A stretch of 64,000 nt of DNA from contig CM059432.1 of assembly GCA_030390025.1 (NCBI GenBank), positions 136,340,001 through 136,404,000 of the forward strand, in the 5' to 3' direction. The stretch is from Squalus acanthias (taxonomy: Eukaryota). Both the position numbers and the translations under genes were made by a program. A model generated the notes under the pieces. It saw only the letters and a list, made by a program, of their open reading frames with translations. It had not been told where the DNA came from and made no database searches. The stretch's first letter is position 1, and every line of letters starts with the position of its first letter. Below, piece by piece: positions 13,110 to 26,671 of this stretch.

Positions 13110-15290
13110 TTGGAAGCTCAGCTCATGATCAAATAGGACGGTGAGGTTGCAGACAGTCTGAGACAATAGCCAGGGAGGGGGATAGACTTGGTTACAAGAG
13201 TACAGAGTTTGTGGCAGGGGCTGAAGGCAATGGCCTTAGTTTCCACAGTGGTTAACTGGAGTTTCATCCAAGACTGGATTTTGGATAAGCAGTGTGACAA
13301 CACAGAGGCAGTGGTGGGGTCGAGAGAGGTAGAGGTGGGTGTCGTCAGCATACGTGTGGGAGCCGGCCCCATATCTGTGGATGATGTTTCCAAGGAGCAG
13401 CACATTGATGAAGAGGAGGAGGCCAAGGATAGATTCTCTGGAGGTAATGGTGTGAGGGCGGTAGGAGAAGCCATTGATGGGGATGTCCTGGCTATGATTA
13501 GATAGGTGAGAGAGGAAGCAAGCAAGGGCAGTCGCACTGAGCTGGATTACACAGGAGAGGAGGATGGTGTGGCCAACTGTGTCAAAGGTTGCAAACAGGT
13601 TGAGGAGGACAAGGAGAGATAATACACTTTGATCACAGTCACAGAGATGTTATTTATGACTTGGGTTCGGGCCTTTTCAGGGACAGAAATCTAGTTGTAG
13701 AGATTCAAATGGTGGAGTTTACAGTACAGCCTTGGTCCAAACATGGACAAAAGTGCTGAATTCCAGAGGTGAGGTGAGAGTGACTGCCCTTGACATCAAG
13801 GCAACATTTGACAGAGCCCTAGTAAAATTGAAGTCAATGGGAATCAGGGGAAAAAACTCTCCACTGGCTGGAGTCATACCTAGCACAAAGGAAGATGGTT
13901 GTGGTTGTTGGAGGTCAATCATCTCAGCCCAGGACATCGCTGCAAGATTCCTCAGGGCAGTGTCCTGGGCCCAACCATCTTCAGCTGCTTCATCAATGAC
14001 CTTCCCTCCATCATAAGATCAGAAGTGGGTATGTTCGCTGACAGTTGCGTAGTGTTCAGTTCCATTCGCAACTCCTCAGATAATGAAGCAATCCATACCC
14101 ATATGCAGCAAGACCTGGATGACATTCAGGCTTGGACTGATAAGTGGCAAGTAACATTCGTGCCACACAAGTGCCAGGCAATGACTATCTCCAACAAGCG
14201 AGAGTCTAACCACCACCCCATGACATTCAACGGCATTACCAGTCGCCGAATCCCCCACCATCAACATCCTGGGGGTCACCATTGACCAGAAACTTAACTG
14301 GACCAGCCACATAAATACTGTGGCAACAAGAGCAGGTCAGAGGCTGGGTATTCTGCGGCAAGTGTCTCACCTCCTTACTCCCCAAAGCCTTTCCACCATC
14401 TACAAGGCACAAGTCAGGAGTGTGATGGAATACTCTCCACTTGCCTGGATGAGTGCAGTTTCCAACAACACTCAAGAAGTGTGACACCATCCAGGACAAA
14501 GCAGCCCGCTTGATTGGCACCCCATCCACCACCTTAAACATTCACTCCCTGCACCATTGGTGCACTGTGGCTGCAGTGTGTACCATCTACAAGATGCACT
14601 GCAGCAACTCGTCAAGGCTTCTTTGGCAGCACCACCCAAACCCGTGACCTCTACCACCTAGAAAGACAAGGGCAGCAGGCGTATGGGAACACCATCATCT
14701 GCAAGTTCCCCTCCAAATTACACACCATCCTGACTTGGAAGTATATCGCCATTTCTTCATTGTCGCTGGGTCAAAATCCTGGAACTCCCTCCCTAGCAGC
14801 ACTGTGGGAGTACCTTCACCATGCGGATTGCAACGGTTCAAAAAGATGGCTCACCACCACCTTCTCAAGGGCAATTATTGATGGGCAATAAATGCTGGCC
14901 TTGCCAGCGACGCTCACATCCCATGAACGAAAAAAAAATGTTGTAGGAAAGATGGGCATGGATTTTGGAGGCAACAATGCAATTAAGGACTTTGGAGAGG
15001 AAAGGGAGGTTGGAGATGAGATGGTAGTTTTCAAGGACAGAGTAATTGAGGGTGGGCCTTTTTGAGGCAGGGCGATGACAATATTGAGAGGGAACGGGAC
15101 AGTACCTGAGGAGAGAGAACCATTTATAATGTCAGCTAGCATTAGGCCAGAAATGGAAGTTGGTGATCAGCATTTTAGTTGGAATGCGGTCAAGGGAGCA
15201 GGAGGTGGGTGTTATGGAGAAAGTGAGCTCGGAGAGGGCATGAGGGGAGATAGGAGAGAAACTAGAAAAATGTACGAGTTCAGCCTTTAG
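13110..15290 (-). mobile_element. Decayed L2 LINE ORF2 fragments (13110-13718 and 14940-15290), split by family A LINE
   Basis: LSHCLSKIQSWM and MLADIINGSLSSGTVP are L2 RT-region motifs. Confidence 0.75.
13720..14938 (+). mobile_element. LINE family A, 5'-truncated
   Basis: [21 protein letters not shown] motifs, 3'UTR and A-tail at 14930-14938. Confidence 0.93.
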
Positions 15291-15894
15291 TGTCAACTCT
15301 ATGACAGTCCAGTGATGATTGTACACACATACTGTTTGAGTTTGATAGTGTGGGGTGGGGGGGGTGCAGTTTAATGGTGTATACATGTATATTTTCCTGA
15401 TGTCTTGTCAGTTCACTGAAAGGTTATTTGTTAGCCTACTGCAATCTGCATTAGATGAGCTCTTTACCTTGCGAAACTGAATATTCATCTATATTGAGGA
15501 TCCTTATCAATTAGTGCTGAATGCATGTACATTGTAATGGCTTTGAAAGAGATCTGTCACAAAAGGTTCCAGTTGCTTAAATTATAGCTAAAATTTGTAT
15601 AATGAGAATGAGAATACTTAAAATAGCAAATGTGAAAGTAACTATTGTATTAAACTTAAACTCATCTGAAATCCTAACACATAGCTAGGAGTATATTACA
15701 TACAGGGTAACTTGGGCTTTGAATGTGCAACACATATATACATTAATGCTTCACACAGAGTGCAATATATATAGGCTAGAGAGAACAATGTATATGTAAC
15801 AATACATGTAATCCTACAAGCTAGTAATGTGGTCATAAAGTACAATACACGACTAGGAGTATTATATAAAGGATAGAATATTTAGCTATATATA

Positions 15895-16338
15895 GGTGTC
15901 AGTTGTGGCTCAGTAGGTAGCACTCTCGCCTCTGAGTCAGAAGGTTGTGGGTTCAAGTCCCACTCCAGGGACTTAAGCACAAAATCTAGGCTGACTCTCC
16001 AGTGCAGGACTGAGGGGGTGCTGCACTGTCGGAGGTGCTATCCTTTGGATGAGAAGTTAAACCAAGTCTGCTCTCTCAGGTGGACATAAAATATCCCATG
16101 GCACTATTTTGAAGAAGGGCAGGGAAATTCTCCCCGGTGTCCTGGTCAATATTTATCCCTCAACCAACATCACTAAAACAGCTTACCTGGCCATTATCTC
16201 ATTTGCTGTCTGTGGGAGCTTGCTGTGCCCAAATTTTCTGTCGTGTTGCCTACATTACAAGAGTGACTATAATTCAAAAGTACTTCATTGGTAGTAAAGC
16301 GCTTTGGGATGTCCCGAGGTTGTGAAAGGCGCTATAGG
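15895..16338 (+). mobile_element. tRNA-derived Deu-domain SINE (SacSINE1/AmnSINE1-like)
   Basis: A box TGGCTCAGTAGG, B box GGTTCAAGTCC, Deu-like core (GGATGAG..TTAAACC..ATCCCATGGCACTA), L2-like tail, (TTTC)n. Confidence 0.88.
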
Positions 16339-17302
16339 AATGCAATTCTTTCTTTCTTTAGAATAAGATCAGAAGTGGTAATGTAACTCTCACTCTTGTG
16401 CAAGAGAGTGCATCACCAGCAGGTAACTAGGCCGCAAATTTAAAAATCAATGCACACCACGTGAAGATCAAGTGAGCAAGTTGAGGAACTTTCTGGGATT
16501 TTCCGGAATCCACATACACAACCACTTGTGTCACCAGGAATTTCCAAGCTTACGTGCTTTGCAATGAAAAGAATGTCAACTGGAACAGATTGTAACTACT
16601 CCACGGAAAGAGTTCTAAGAGAGCCTGATATAGAACAGATCCTTTAAAAGGTGAGGAGGGAAAATGAAACGTTTCAAATGTATTGTTTGACTCGAAATAG
16701 AGCAAAGATGCCCTAGTAAGAAAGTCAAGTATTCTTGTTGCAAACTCAGGAGAAGCAGGGCAGTAATTGCTCTTATTGTAGCTCAGCTTGTTGCGTCTGA
16801 GATTCTCTAGCCTTCTGCCAAGCACTAAGAGTAATGGTGTCACAAGAAGCAGTTTATAATTAGAGTTTGTACGCAACATCTGTGCAGGGCTGGCTTGTGT
16901 TTTTCTCCTGAACATTCATACAACAAATCAGTTGGTCACCAAATATATTGCATAAGCTGTGACACACACAATGCCAGTTACATCACATATGACGCTAAAG
17001 ACATACGATACAAAGACTAATTGAATAATGTTACACAAGGTGCTGACATAAAGATGGACAGCATGGAAATTCATACTGCAAAATCAGTGACAGCAAAAAC
17101 AAATCTCAGACCTACTTTACCGATTAACCTGGCAATGTGTATAAATGAAGCAAAATGCTACAGATGTAAAAGAAGCAAGTGAACCTAATTAAATGGATAT
17201 TTTTCTCATTCTGAGATTTCCTACATTACAACAGTGACTACACTTCAAAAAGTATTTCAGTGGCTCTAAAGAGCCTTAAGAGGTCCTGAGGTCATGAAAG
17301 GA

Positions 17303-17716
17303 GCCTCGATTTTAAAATTCTCATCCTTGTGCTCAAATCCCTCCACGGCCTCGCGCCCTCTCTATCTCCGTAACCTCCTCCAGCCCCGCAACCCGCCGAG
17401 ATCTCTGCGCTTCGCCAAGTCTGGCCTCTTGGGCATCTCCGATTTTAATCACTCCACCATTGGCGGCCGTGCCTTCAGCTGCCTGGGCCCTAAGCTCTGG
17501 AATTCCCTCCCTAAACCTCTCCGCCTCTCTACCTCCCTCTCCTCCTTTAAGACGCTCCTTAAAACCTACCGCTTTGATCAAGCTTTTGGTCATCTGCCCG
17601 AATATCTCCTTATGTGGCTCGGTGTCAAATTTTGTTTGATAATCGCTCCTGTGAAGCGCCTTGGGATGTTTTACTATGTTAAAGGTGCTATATAAATGCA
17701 AGTTGTTGTTGTTGTA
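17303..17716 (+). mobile_element. L2 3' fragment, preceded by a SINE tail remnant at about 17215-17300
   Basis: GGRAFSCLGPKLWNSLP..FKTLLKTY plus (TTG)n tail. Confidence 0.88.
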
Positions 17717-17950
17717 TAAGTGCAAGTTCTTTTTTTGCCTTTCTTTCTTGTGAACATTCAACCTGCTCAAACCAGCAAATAACAGGAAGTGTAGCAAGAG
17801 AAATTGATATTTTTGACTCCCCTTCATTCAAAGATTAACATTTACTGGCACAAAAAATGATTTTTCCCCCATGTTTCTTTTGCCTTTCAGTTGATTGCTT
17901 TTATTTGACATTTGATAAACATCTGGAAATCCAACGTTTATCTGGAATTT

Positions 17951-18392
17951 AAAAAAAGACTTGCATTTATATAGCGCCTTTCATGACCATCGGACGTCTC
18001 AAAGCGCTTTACGGCCAATGAAGTACTTTTTTGAAGTGCAGTCACTGTTGTAATGTAGGAAACGCGGCAGCCAATTTGCGCACAGCAAGCTCCCACAAAC
18101 AGCAATGTGATAATGACCAGATAATCTGTTTTTGTTATGTTGATTGAGGGATAAATATTGGTCAGGACACCGGGGAGAACTCCCTGCTCTTCTTCAAAAT
18201 AGTGCCATGGGATCTTTTACATCCAACTGAGAGGGCAGACGGGGCCTTGGTTTAACGTCTCATCCGAAAGACGGCACCTCCGACAGTGCAGCACTCCCTC
18301 AGCACTGCACTGGAGTGTCAGCCTAGCTTTATGTGCTCAAGTCCCTGGAGTGGGACTTGAACCCACAACCTTGTGACTCAGAGGCGAGAGAT
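17951..18392 (-). mobile_element. Deu-domain SINE
   Basis: Reverse complement of the 15895-16338 family. Confidence 0.88.
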
Positions 18393-19044
18393 TTACCAGA
18401 ATCAAAAACTCATCTCCGAATTTCCAAGAATTACAAGAATTCAAAAACCATTGAAAATATCCAGAATGCAAGATCTAGCCACAGAATGGTATCCTGCTTT
18501 TCTCATGTTTGCAGCTACTCCGTAACCTCACTCTCCAAGCTGCCCATGACCATATATAACTCCCAGAGCCACACCAAGTGTCATCCTCATTATTTGCTAC
18601 TGTGCATATGGAATAATGAGTGCACCCTAACGTTACAAAAAGGAAATAAAAATTGTTTAAATCGATACCCGCAGTATCTATGTAGATGGATGTACCATGC
18701 ATATTGTATGGATAGAACAGACAATTGGCACAGGTGGCTTATGGAAAATGAACCTTTCTTATCCTGGCACCATATTTCAGTCATCTGCAGCACTCATGGA
18801 TTTGCAGCCAGCAACTGCTCGATTCTTTATTCTCCATCTACCACCAGTACCTGGCATATACCTTCTGTGTAATACTGAGGTTACAATCGCATCTCATAGA
18901 TTTGCCTTATTATATATGTCATATAGCCATGTAGTTATATATATGTATGTGTCTTCACTGTGAGATACATAAACTGATTTTTCAAAAGCACTAAACTCTT
19001 TTAAAAATGTGAGAGAAGCTAGCGCAGACATTCAGCGTAGAATA

Positions 19045-19218
19045 AACCTCTCCGCCTCTCTACCTCTCTCTCCTCCTTTAAGACGCTCCTTAAAACCTAC
19101 CTCTTTGACCAACTGTCCTAATATCTCCTTATGTGGTTCGGTGGCAAAGTTTGTTTGGTAACGCTCCTGTGAAGCGCCTTGGGATGTTTTACGACATTAA
19201 AGGCGCTATATAAATGCG
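19045..19218 (+). mobile_element. L2 3' end fragment
   Basis: Matches the L2 tail of 17510-17700. Confidence 0.85.
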
Positions 19219-19279
19219 CAATAATGTGCAAGTGACTCTGTATACATAAAAGCACACTTCTTTTGACAGAAAAGTAATT

Positions 19280-20039
19280 GGCCCGGATTTTATGGGGCCT
19301 ATGAAGCATATGCAAAGTGTTCACCATCGTAAGTGCTGTGAATGGCCCCACAAATTCCGGGTTTCCTCACACGATGCGCAAGCGCGAAAACCCGGAACTT
19401 GCGATCTGTCAAGTTTCTCCTTGACAGATCGTCCGCATCCGCTGGCGCAGGGTTTGCCCAACTACTGCCCGGCGAATACCCATCAAACCATACGCCTGGT
19501 AAAAGCAAGTGTAAGGCCATTTTTTTTTTTACCATTGTAAGGGTTAAAATAAAGGTTAAAATAAATTTTTTTAAATGATTTAAACATTCGCTTACATTTA
19601 ATATTAGTGTCGGTAAATTTTGTCCCGTTTAAAAATGTTTAAATTTATTTTTCAAAATATTAAATTTTTATTTTAAATATTTAATCAAAGGGTATTTTAA
19701 TTAATTTTGAACCTGTGATTATTTACTTTTATTTCAGCGTTGTGAAATTGTATTGATTTGGCGATTTCTATTGTGCTTATGGGGATTCCGTACGTAAATG
19801 GAATGCCCATAAGCACAATAGGAATCCCTCTCTGTCATTGGTTGGCCTGGCCCACGTGATCCCAGGGACGCTTGCGAACCTCATGCGCCCCCGGGATGCG
19901 TGGGCCTTTACGCAGGCGTACGCCTGGAGGCCCAGGACCGCAAGAGTCCGAAGCTCCGGAGAGACAAGGTAAGTACGGAGTTTACTTTTGGTTCGGAGGC
20001 GTACGCGGGCGGCAAGCCTCCGACCGCAATTTCCAGGCC
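19280..20039. mobile_element. Harbinger-type MITE, distant relative of the 40425 and 48793 copies
   Basis: GGCCCGGATTT / AATTTCCAGGCC termini, CpG-rich arms, AT-rich centre, shared GCCCACGTGATCCCAGGG motif. Confidence 0.72.
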
Positions 20040-20574
20040 ATAATTTCTGTCTGAGCCTGGAAAGCATGGCTGCCGACTAGACATTTGCAATAACCTACAT
20101 GCAATAGTAGCCATTGAATAGACTTGTCATTTTAGTCTCTGATGAAAGAATAGTGCAGCACTTCAGAGCAATAATGCAGTGCACCATTCCCTCCAATCTG
20201 CAGTCACAAGCTTTCAAAACTCTGAGCTGAGCCACTGAATATCTTGCAACATTGGTTTTGGAGAGTCAGTATAATCAAAGCTCTTAAAATGTCAGCAGCT
20301 TTGCATATTTAATCATTTCAAGTTGTACAATTGTTTCCTGTGCAAATATCTCCACTGTCCATCTGTTCACGGAGCTAGTTAATGTTCAACCGGCTTACCT
20401 CTACTCCCGCTATGTTTACTAGTACTTCAGAGGCAACTTATAACTGGATCAGGCATTTACTAAAGTGCATTAGATTTGTCATCAACACTGAACATTTACA
20501 CTTACTTCCATTTAGGAAAAAGTGTTTGTCCTCTTCAATTATGTTACTTCTCCCAGGTGGTGAGTGTAGCGGGC

Positions 20575-20790
20575 TTGGGAGGAACAGGTGACTTGGGACC
20601 TATGGCTCCTCAAAGCTCTCCACCACTGAAGGTTTTCCTCGCCTCATGTCTGGGTCTGTTGTAGGCTAATTGATAGAGATTGATTGCTATGATTAGTCAA
20701 CAACTCCATTATCGCTGTATCATGCGACGACCAGGATGATAGAAGGCGAACTTTTGGTCTTTTTTCGTCTTGTAATTCCTATGTTCCTAT
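20575..20790 (+). mobile_element. CR1-type 3'UTR fragment (variant family, also at 46820-47180)
   Basis: Shares GGTTTTCCTCGCCTCATGTCTGGGTCTGTTGTAG with the 47.0 kb copy. Ends in (TTCCTATG)2. Confidence 0.7.
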
Positions 20791-21231
20791 GAGCGCAATT
20801 AAATCTGTGCAGCATTCTCTAAAGCTAAAGAGTGTTTATCCCCCATTAACCTATCCACTCCAGAAGCTACATGTCAATCCATAGCACGATGTTCCGTCTC
20901 ATATTTCCTTTATGTAAGCTTGAGTTGGGTGTGGGGGGAGGGGATGGGTGGAAGATACAAAGCAAAGGGGTGTTGGAAAGTGATAGAATAACATTAGCAA
21001 GAATCCAGCAGATGGAATTGGGAACGTGTCAGCAGAAGAGTATCAGGAAAGACACAGCATGAGTAAGAAACATGGATTTAATTTTGTTTCCTCTTGGAAT
21101 GGCCCGCTATTGCGTAGGTGGAGTACTGGCAATTGCATTGGAAACAGTTGAGTATGAATCAGTCCTGAAAATGGAAGTATGAAAGTCTTGTTTTTCTCAC
21201 CATTTATAGCTGGACTTTCTAAAAATAATCA

Positions 21232-21496
21232 TGAACTGCTCGGCACCCCACTCCCTGGTAGTCCAGCAGGGCCCCGGTTCGCGCTGCGCAAGGCCCCTCA
21301 CCTTTAGTAAGGGGAGGGAGGCCCGCAGTACCGTGGCGCGACATGCCGGAGTGCGTGGCGCTGCAGCACTTAGCGCCGCGATATTGGGCTGGGGCACACC
21401 AAGAGGGAGGTGGAGCGCTTCCAGTAGCGCCCTACCTCCTGCGTGGGGCGCTACCATCGAATTTTGGGCACGGGGGCGCGACCCAATTTTCCCCCC
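21232..21496. mobile_element. Truncated copy of the 28679-29235 MITE
   Basis: Alignable with 28980-29235. Ends CAATTTTCCCCCC. Confidence 0.7.
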
Positions 21497-21884
21497 TGCA
21501 CTTTTGAGGCCCAGCAGCATTTTTAACTGTTTATACCAAGTAGATATGCAACCTCGATACACAATAAATAGAAAATAAATGTATAAACATATAGGGCCAA
21601 TAATACGATCCCAACACTGCAGCCCCAGTACCACAGGTCCCCAGGTATTCTGTGCACCTGCACCAAAATAAGCTGAGCACAGATGGTGATGCGAGGTCAA
21701 CCCCTTTAGATGTTCCTTTACTTCTATCGGCGCATAAAGCATAATGCACCAGGATTCCAGGTAGGTAGGGGGATCAGAATTTCGGTGCCAACAGCCAGTG
21801 TAAGGCTACCCATAGAGTGCCAGCATTAATGCCAACAGCGAACCCACAGAAGAAGAGGCAAGCTGGCTGGCCCGAAGGAAAGAA

Positions 21885-22332
21885 AGAAAGAGAGAAACAC
21901 TTACATTTATATAGCGCCTTTCATGACCTCAGGACGACCCAAAGCGTTTTACAACCAATGAAGTACTTTTTGAAGTGTTGTCACTGTTGTAATGTAGGAA
22001 ACGCAGCAGTCCGTTTGCGCACAGCAAGCTCCCACAAACATCAATGTGACAATGACCAGACAATCTGTTTTTGTTATGTTGATTGACCAGGACAGCGGGG
22101 CGAATGTCCCTGCTCGTCTTCAAAATAGTGCCATGGGATCTTTTACGTCCACCGGAGAGAGCAGACGGGGCCTCGGTTTAACATCTCATCCGAAGGACAA
22201 CACCTCTGACAGTGCTGCACTCCCTCAGCACTGGAGTGTCAGCCTTGATCAGGCGCTCAAGTCTCTGGAGTGGGACTTGAACCCACAACCTTCTGACTCA
22301 GAGGTGAGAGTGCTACCAACTGAGCCACAGCT
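21885..22332 (-). mobile_element. Deu-domain SINE
   Basis: Full head, core and tail on the minus strand. Confidence 0.88.
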
Positions 22333-22929
22333 GAAGGAAAGGGAATGGCCAACTGGTCAAAAATATCTTATATTTTTGATGGGGTCTGCTCTTCGCACCA
22401 ATTGAGAACAGGCATTTGGTGACTACAGCACTGCTCAGGTAGTCGCGTTGCATTATCGGGAAGCCCCCTTAATTTAAGTAATTTTTGCTGCCGTAATGAG
22501 CCTTGCATTCAGCTTGTGTGGAGGTTCCTCGTGCCCTGTGGACTGGCCTACCCCATTGGGTTGCACTGAACCCATTAGTCATGTCAGAGGCCTGTTGCCT
22601 CCGTGCCCAACATCACATGATCAGCCCCATAAAGTCAAAGAATTTGACTAAGAACCTCTTGCCTTTGGAAAATTGTTTGAAGCCTAGTGTTTGTGGCCTA
22701 GAGATTCTATAGTGCTGGGCTGGGGGAGCAGTTCTCATATCCGCCCTGTTGGTGAGGTCTGCTGGTGAAACCAAGCATTACTTGCACTGGCACAACTGAA
22801 GGGCTAGGAGGCAGGAACTGCTGACTGAGTGAGCCCCTGCCCTCGGGCCCACCCTCCCCTGTGTTGATGGCCTTGTGGTTGTGAGCAGAGGCTCCGTTCC
22901 ACAAGGCCAACCTGGAAATGTTGCTCACA

Positions 22930-24215
22930 TCTGGGTCCTGGTGTGTCTGGGTCCTGGTCTGTCTGGGACCCGGTGTGTCTGGAACCCAGTGTGTCTGGGT
23001 CCTGGTGTGTCTGGGACCCGGTGTGTCTGGGACCCGGTGTGTCTGGGTCCCGGTGTGTCTGGGTCCCGGTTTGTCTGGGTCCCGGTGTCTGGGTCCTGGT
23101 GTGTCTGGGTCCCGGTGTGTCTGGGACCCAGTGTGTCTGGGTCCTTTTGTGTCTGGGACCCGGTGTGTCTGGGTCCTGGTGTGCCTGGGACCTGGTGTGT
23201 CTGGGTCCTGGTGTGTCTGGGTCCTGGTGTGTCTGAGACCCAGTGTGTCTGGGACCCGGTGTGTCTGGGTCCTGGTGTGTCTGGGACCCGGTGTGTCTGG
23301 GACCCAGTGTGTCTGGGTCCTTTTGTGTCTGGGACCCGGTGTGTCTGGGTCCTGGTGTGCCTGGGACCTGGTGTGTCTGGGTCCTGGTGTGTCTGGGTCC
23401 TGGTGTGTCTGAGACCCAGTGTGTCTGGGACCCAGTGTGTCTGGGACCCGGTGTGTCTGGGTCCTGGTGTGTCTGGGACCCGGTGTGTCTGGGTCCTGGT
23501 GTGTCTGGATCCCGGTGTATCTGGGTCCCGGTGTGTCTGGGTCCTGGTTTGTCTGGGTCCCGGTGTCTGGGTCCCGGTGTGTCTGGGTCCCGGTGTGTCT
23601 GGGTCTTGGTGTGTCTGGGTCCCAATGTGTCTGGGTCCCGGTGTGTCTGGGACTCGGTGTGTCTGGGTCTCGGTGTATCTGGGTCCTGGTGTGTCTGGGT
23701 CCCGGTGTGTCTGGGTCCTGGTGTCTGGGTCCCAGTGTGTCTGGGTCCCAGTGTGTCTGGGTTCTGGTGTGTCTGGGTCCCGGTGTGTCTGGATTCTGGT
23801 GTGTCTGGAACCCGGTGTGTCTGGCTCCCGGTGTGTCTGGGTCCCGGTGTGTCTGGGTCTTGGTGTGTCTGGGTCCCGGTGTGTCTGGGTCCCGGTGTGT
23901 CTGGGACTCGGTGTGTCTGGGTCCCGGTGTGTCTGGGTTCTGGTGTGTCTGGGTCCTGGTGTGTCTGGGTCTCGGTGTATCTGGGTTCTGAGGTGTCTGG
24001 GTCTTAGTGTGTCTGGGTTCTGGTGTGTCTGGGTCTTGGTGTGTCTGGGTTCTGGTGTGTCTGGGTCTTGGTGTGTCTGGGTTCTGAGGTGTCTGGGTCT
24101 TGGTGTGTCTGGGTTCTGGTGTGTCTGGGTCTTGGTGTGTCTGGGTTCTGAGGTGTCTGGGTCTTAGTGTGTCTGGGTCCTGGTGTGTCTGGGTCTTGGT
24201 GTGTCTGGGTCTCGG
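22930..24215. repeat. 16-bp minisatellite (GGTGTGTCTGGGTCCY)n, about 80 units
   Basis: Directly visible tandem unit with GACC, TTCT and TCTT variants. Confidence 0.97.
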
Positions 24216-26671
24216 TGGAGTTTGCAGTCATCGCAGCAAACTCCCACTGAAGCTACAATAGGAACCTGCTGGAATATTTCTGGCCCCCATATTGTTTGAT
24301 ATCCAGTAATTTATATGATGCTGCTGACTGACAGATCTTTGCTCACATTTGATGCTTTATTCACCAGTTTAATTCTGTATGTAGGATTAACACTTTCCCT
24401 AATTTGAGAAGTAGTTGTGAATGTCCACACATTCCATTTCTTTGTTCACCTGTTATGGGGGAAAACTATGTGAAATACCCGTAAAGCTTTTTTTAAAATG
24501 GATTTACAGTTTCATTGCACCTAATGCCGTAGGAAATGTTCCTCCATAGTTCTCATTTATATGATCACTTCCATCAGATAATCGCAAGATAGGTTTGCAT
24601 GAGGAAGACCCTTCAGCCCATTTGATCGTGTCAATCCGTTCTATTGTTATATAGTTGTTTCCTAAAATGAGTTGAGATTCCTGGCCTCAAACACCCTTCG
24701 TGGAAATCCATTCCAACTGTTGATCATCTCTATGTAACCCAATTCTCCCCTGCATCTGTCTTAAACTTGCCCTCCACAATACTTCATTCCACTACACCTA
24801 TTGTCTCAAATAGGAGAAAAACATAGTCATCTCCTCTTATCGCCATTAGCTCCTAACTACTACAGAGTACCATCAGACCGTAGTGTTTAAAATTAATAAA
24901 AACAAAAGCCACAACTACTTTTTAGTGCAAATCATGGCCACTCACGCAGTTAATTACAAGACCTCAATGTATCGTTGAACATTCAGATTGAGTTATGCAG
25001 GCATGATTGAGTACCCAGAATCCTCTATGATCTGAAGTATTCAGTTTGGGAGGTGTGTGTCATTTACTTCAGAAATTACAAAGTAGTCCTTCCTGATAAA
25101 CTTAAAGCTACAACTCTATAATGATCTACGTGTGCCCAGACTGATCATTTTTCTCCCTCTCTTCCCCTTCCCCCACCATTGACCAAGGTTATTCTCTTTA
25201 TCATTTGGTGATTTTATTGAGTGATGTCAACTGAGATGAATAGAAGCAAATAATGACAGTCCTGTGGTGATGAAATGAGAGACAGAGGTCAGGTGGGTTT
25301 TATATGGAACAAATTGAGTCACATCCAGTTCTCATCCATTATTTAGGGGTGATTGGGCAGGCTTGGCTACGATAGATTTGATAATCTATTGTCCTTATTA
25401 AATATTTGCCATAGATATCTAACTCACTCGTCAAAAGATTACCTCAGATTGATAGCTTGTCAAAAAGTTGAAACTAAAATGCTCGATTCGGTGAAATATT
25501 TTAAAGGAATATTAGTATACAAGATTTAGATAACAGGAGCAGCTCGTGGCTGACTGCCAGCTTGCCTTCATGTCATACTGGACAGCCCATCTAGTAGTTT
25601 GATTTTATGCAGCTGTATCCCATGAATATTGGCCTGTACACTGGAGATTAAAGCACAGCAGATGTTTCTCTGCAGGCTAACAAATATATCACCCCCTGAT
25701 AATGAATGACAAATGTTGTTTTGCATTGTGTCAGACAAAACCAGGCCTCTTGTAAAACAAGTGTACAGTAGGAATAGGATATTGATAGGCTATTGTAACG
25801 CAGTTACCTACATGGTAGACAGCAGTAGCAAGTTGCCAACTTCGGCTTGTGGTTAAAAATCTGTGTTATCTAACAATTGAAGAATGGAACATTGTGAGGG
25901 AGCTCTCGAGGGAAGAAAGTAAGACAATATAAGGAGAGCGATTCTAAAATAATCTGCATTTACAAAGGCTCGATCTGGGGAATTTAAACTTCAATTTTAG
26001 TTATTTAATTTAAGGCTGCTCGTTATGAGACAAGAGCCACACAGACTTGGTATTTACACTTTTAAAACATGTGCATCAGGCATTACTATTTAATCTAGAC
26101 CGCAAAGGGAGACCAGCAGAGTTGCAGATGTCACTGATTGTAAATCAAACTGCGATCTGTTCCGTTATCCAGAGAGATAAAGTATTAAGCTCCCTGCACA
26201 GGTTGTTGCAAGTACAAAGTCCAACCTCAATTGTCACACGAATTCAACGCTCCGCATTAGCAAAGTTTGACCAGCTCTTGACATGGTTGTACCATGTGGA
26301 AGAGAAGGCTTCATCCTAGAAGAAGAGTAACAGGATCAGTCCCACCATGCAGAGGGCTATCTAATCAGATAGTTGCAGAACAGCATTACCAGGTTAGTGA
26401 TCCTGGCTATTCTATCTTCTGGTTTAATACCATTCCCCAGCCAAGAGTTTGGACAGTTGTCTGTTTATAATACCTGTGACTACGCACTTGCGGAGAGGGC
26501 AATTTCCAATATGGAAAGCAAATAAAAGCAAATAAAGTGCTCCTTTTTGTGTCGATATGTATCTTTCAACTATACTTTGCAGTAATAGGATATTGATACG
26601 TTATTGTAATGCAGTTACCTACACGGTAGACAGCAGCAGCAAAATGCCAACATAGAACTTACATTTATAAA

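Noticed and set aside
15895..15970. tRNA gene
   Set aside because: The A/B boxes are the head of a multi-copy SINE that continues into a Deu core.
18333..18872. 179-aa ORF
   Set aside because: Starts inside an antisense SINE at a non-ATG codon, with no recognisable domain.
22804..24231. 273- and 430-aa repetitive ORFs, or a CRISPR-like array
   Set aside because: A stop-poor 16-bp minisatellite with no unique spacers and no cas genes.
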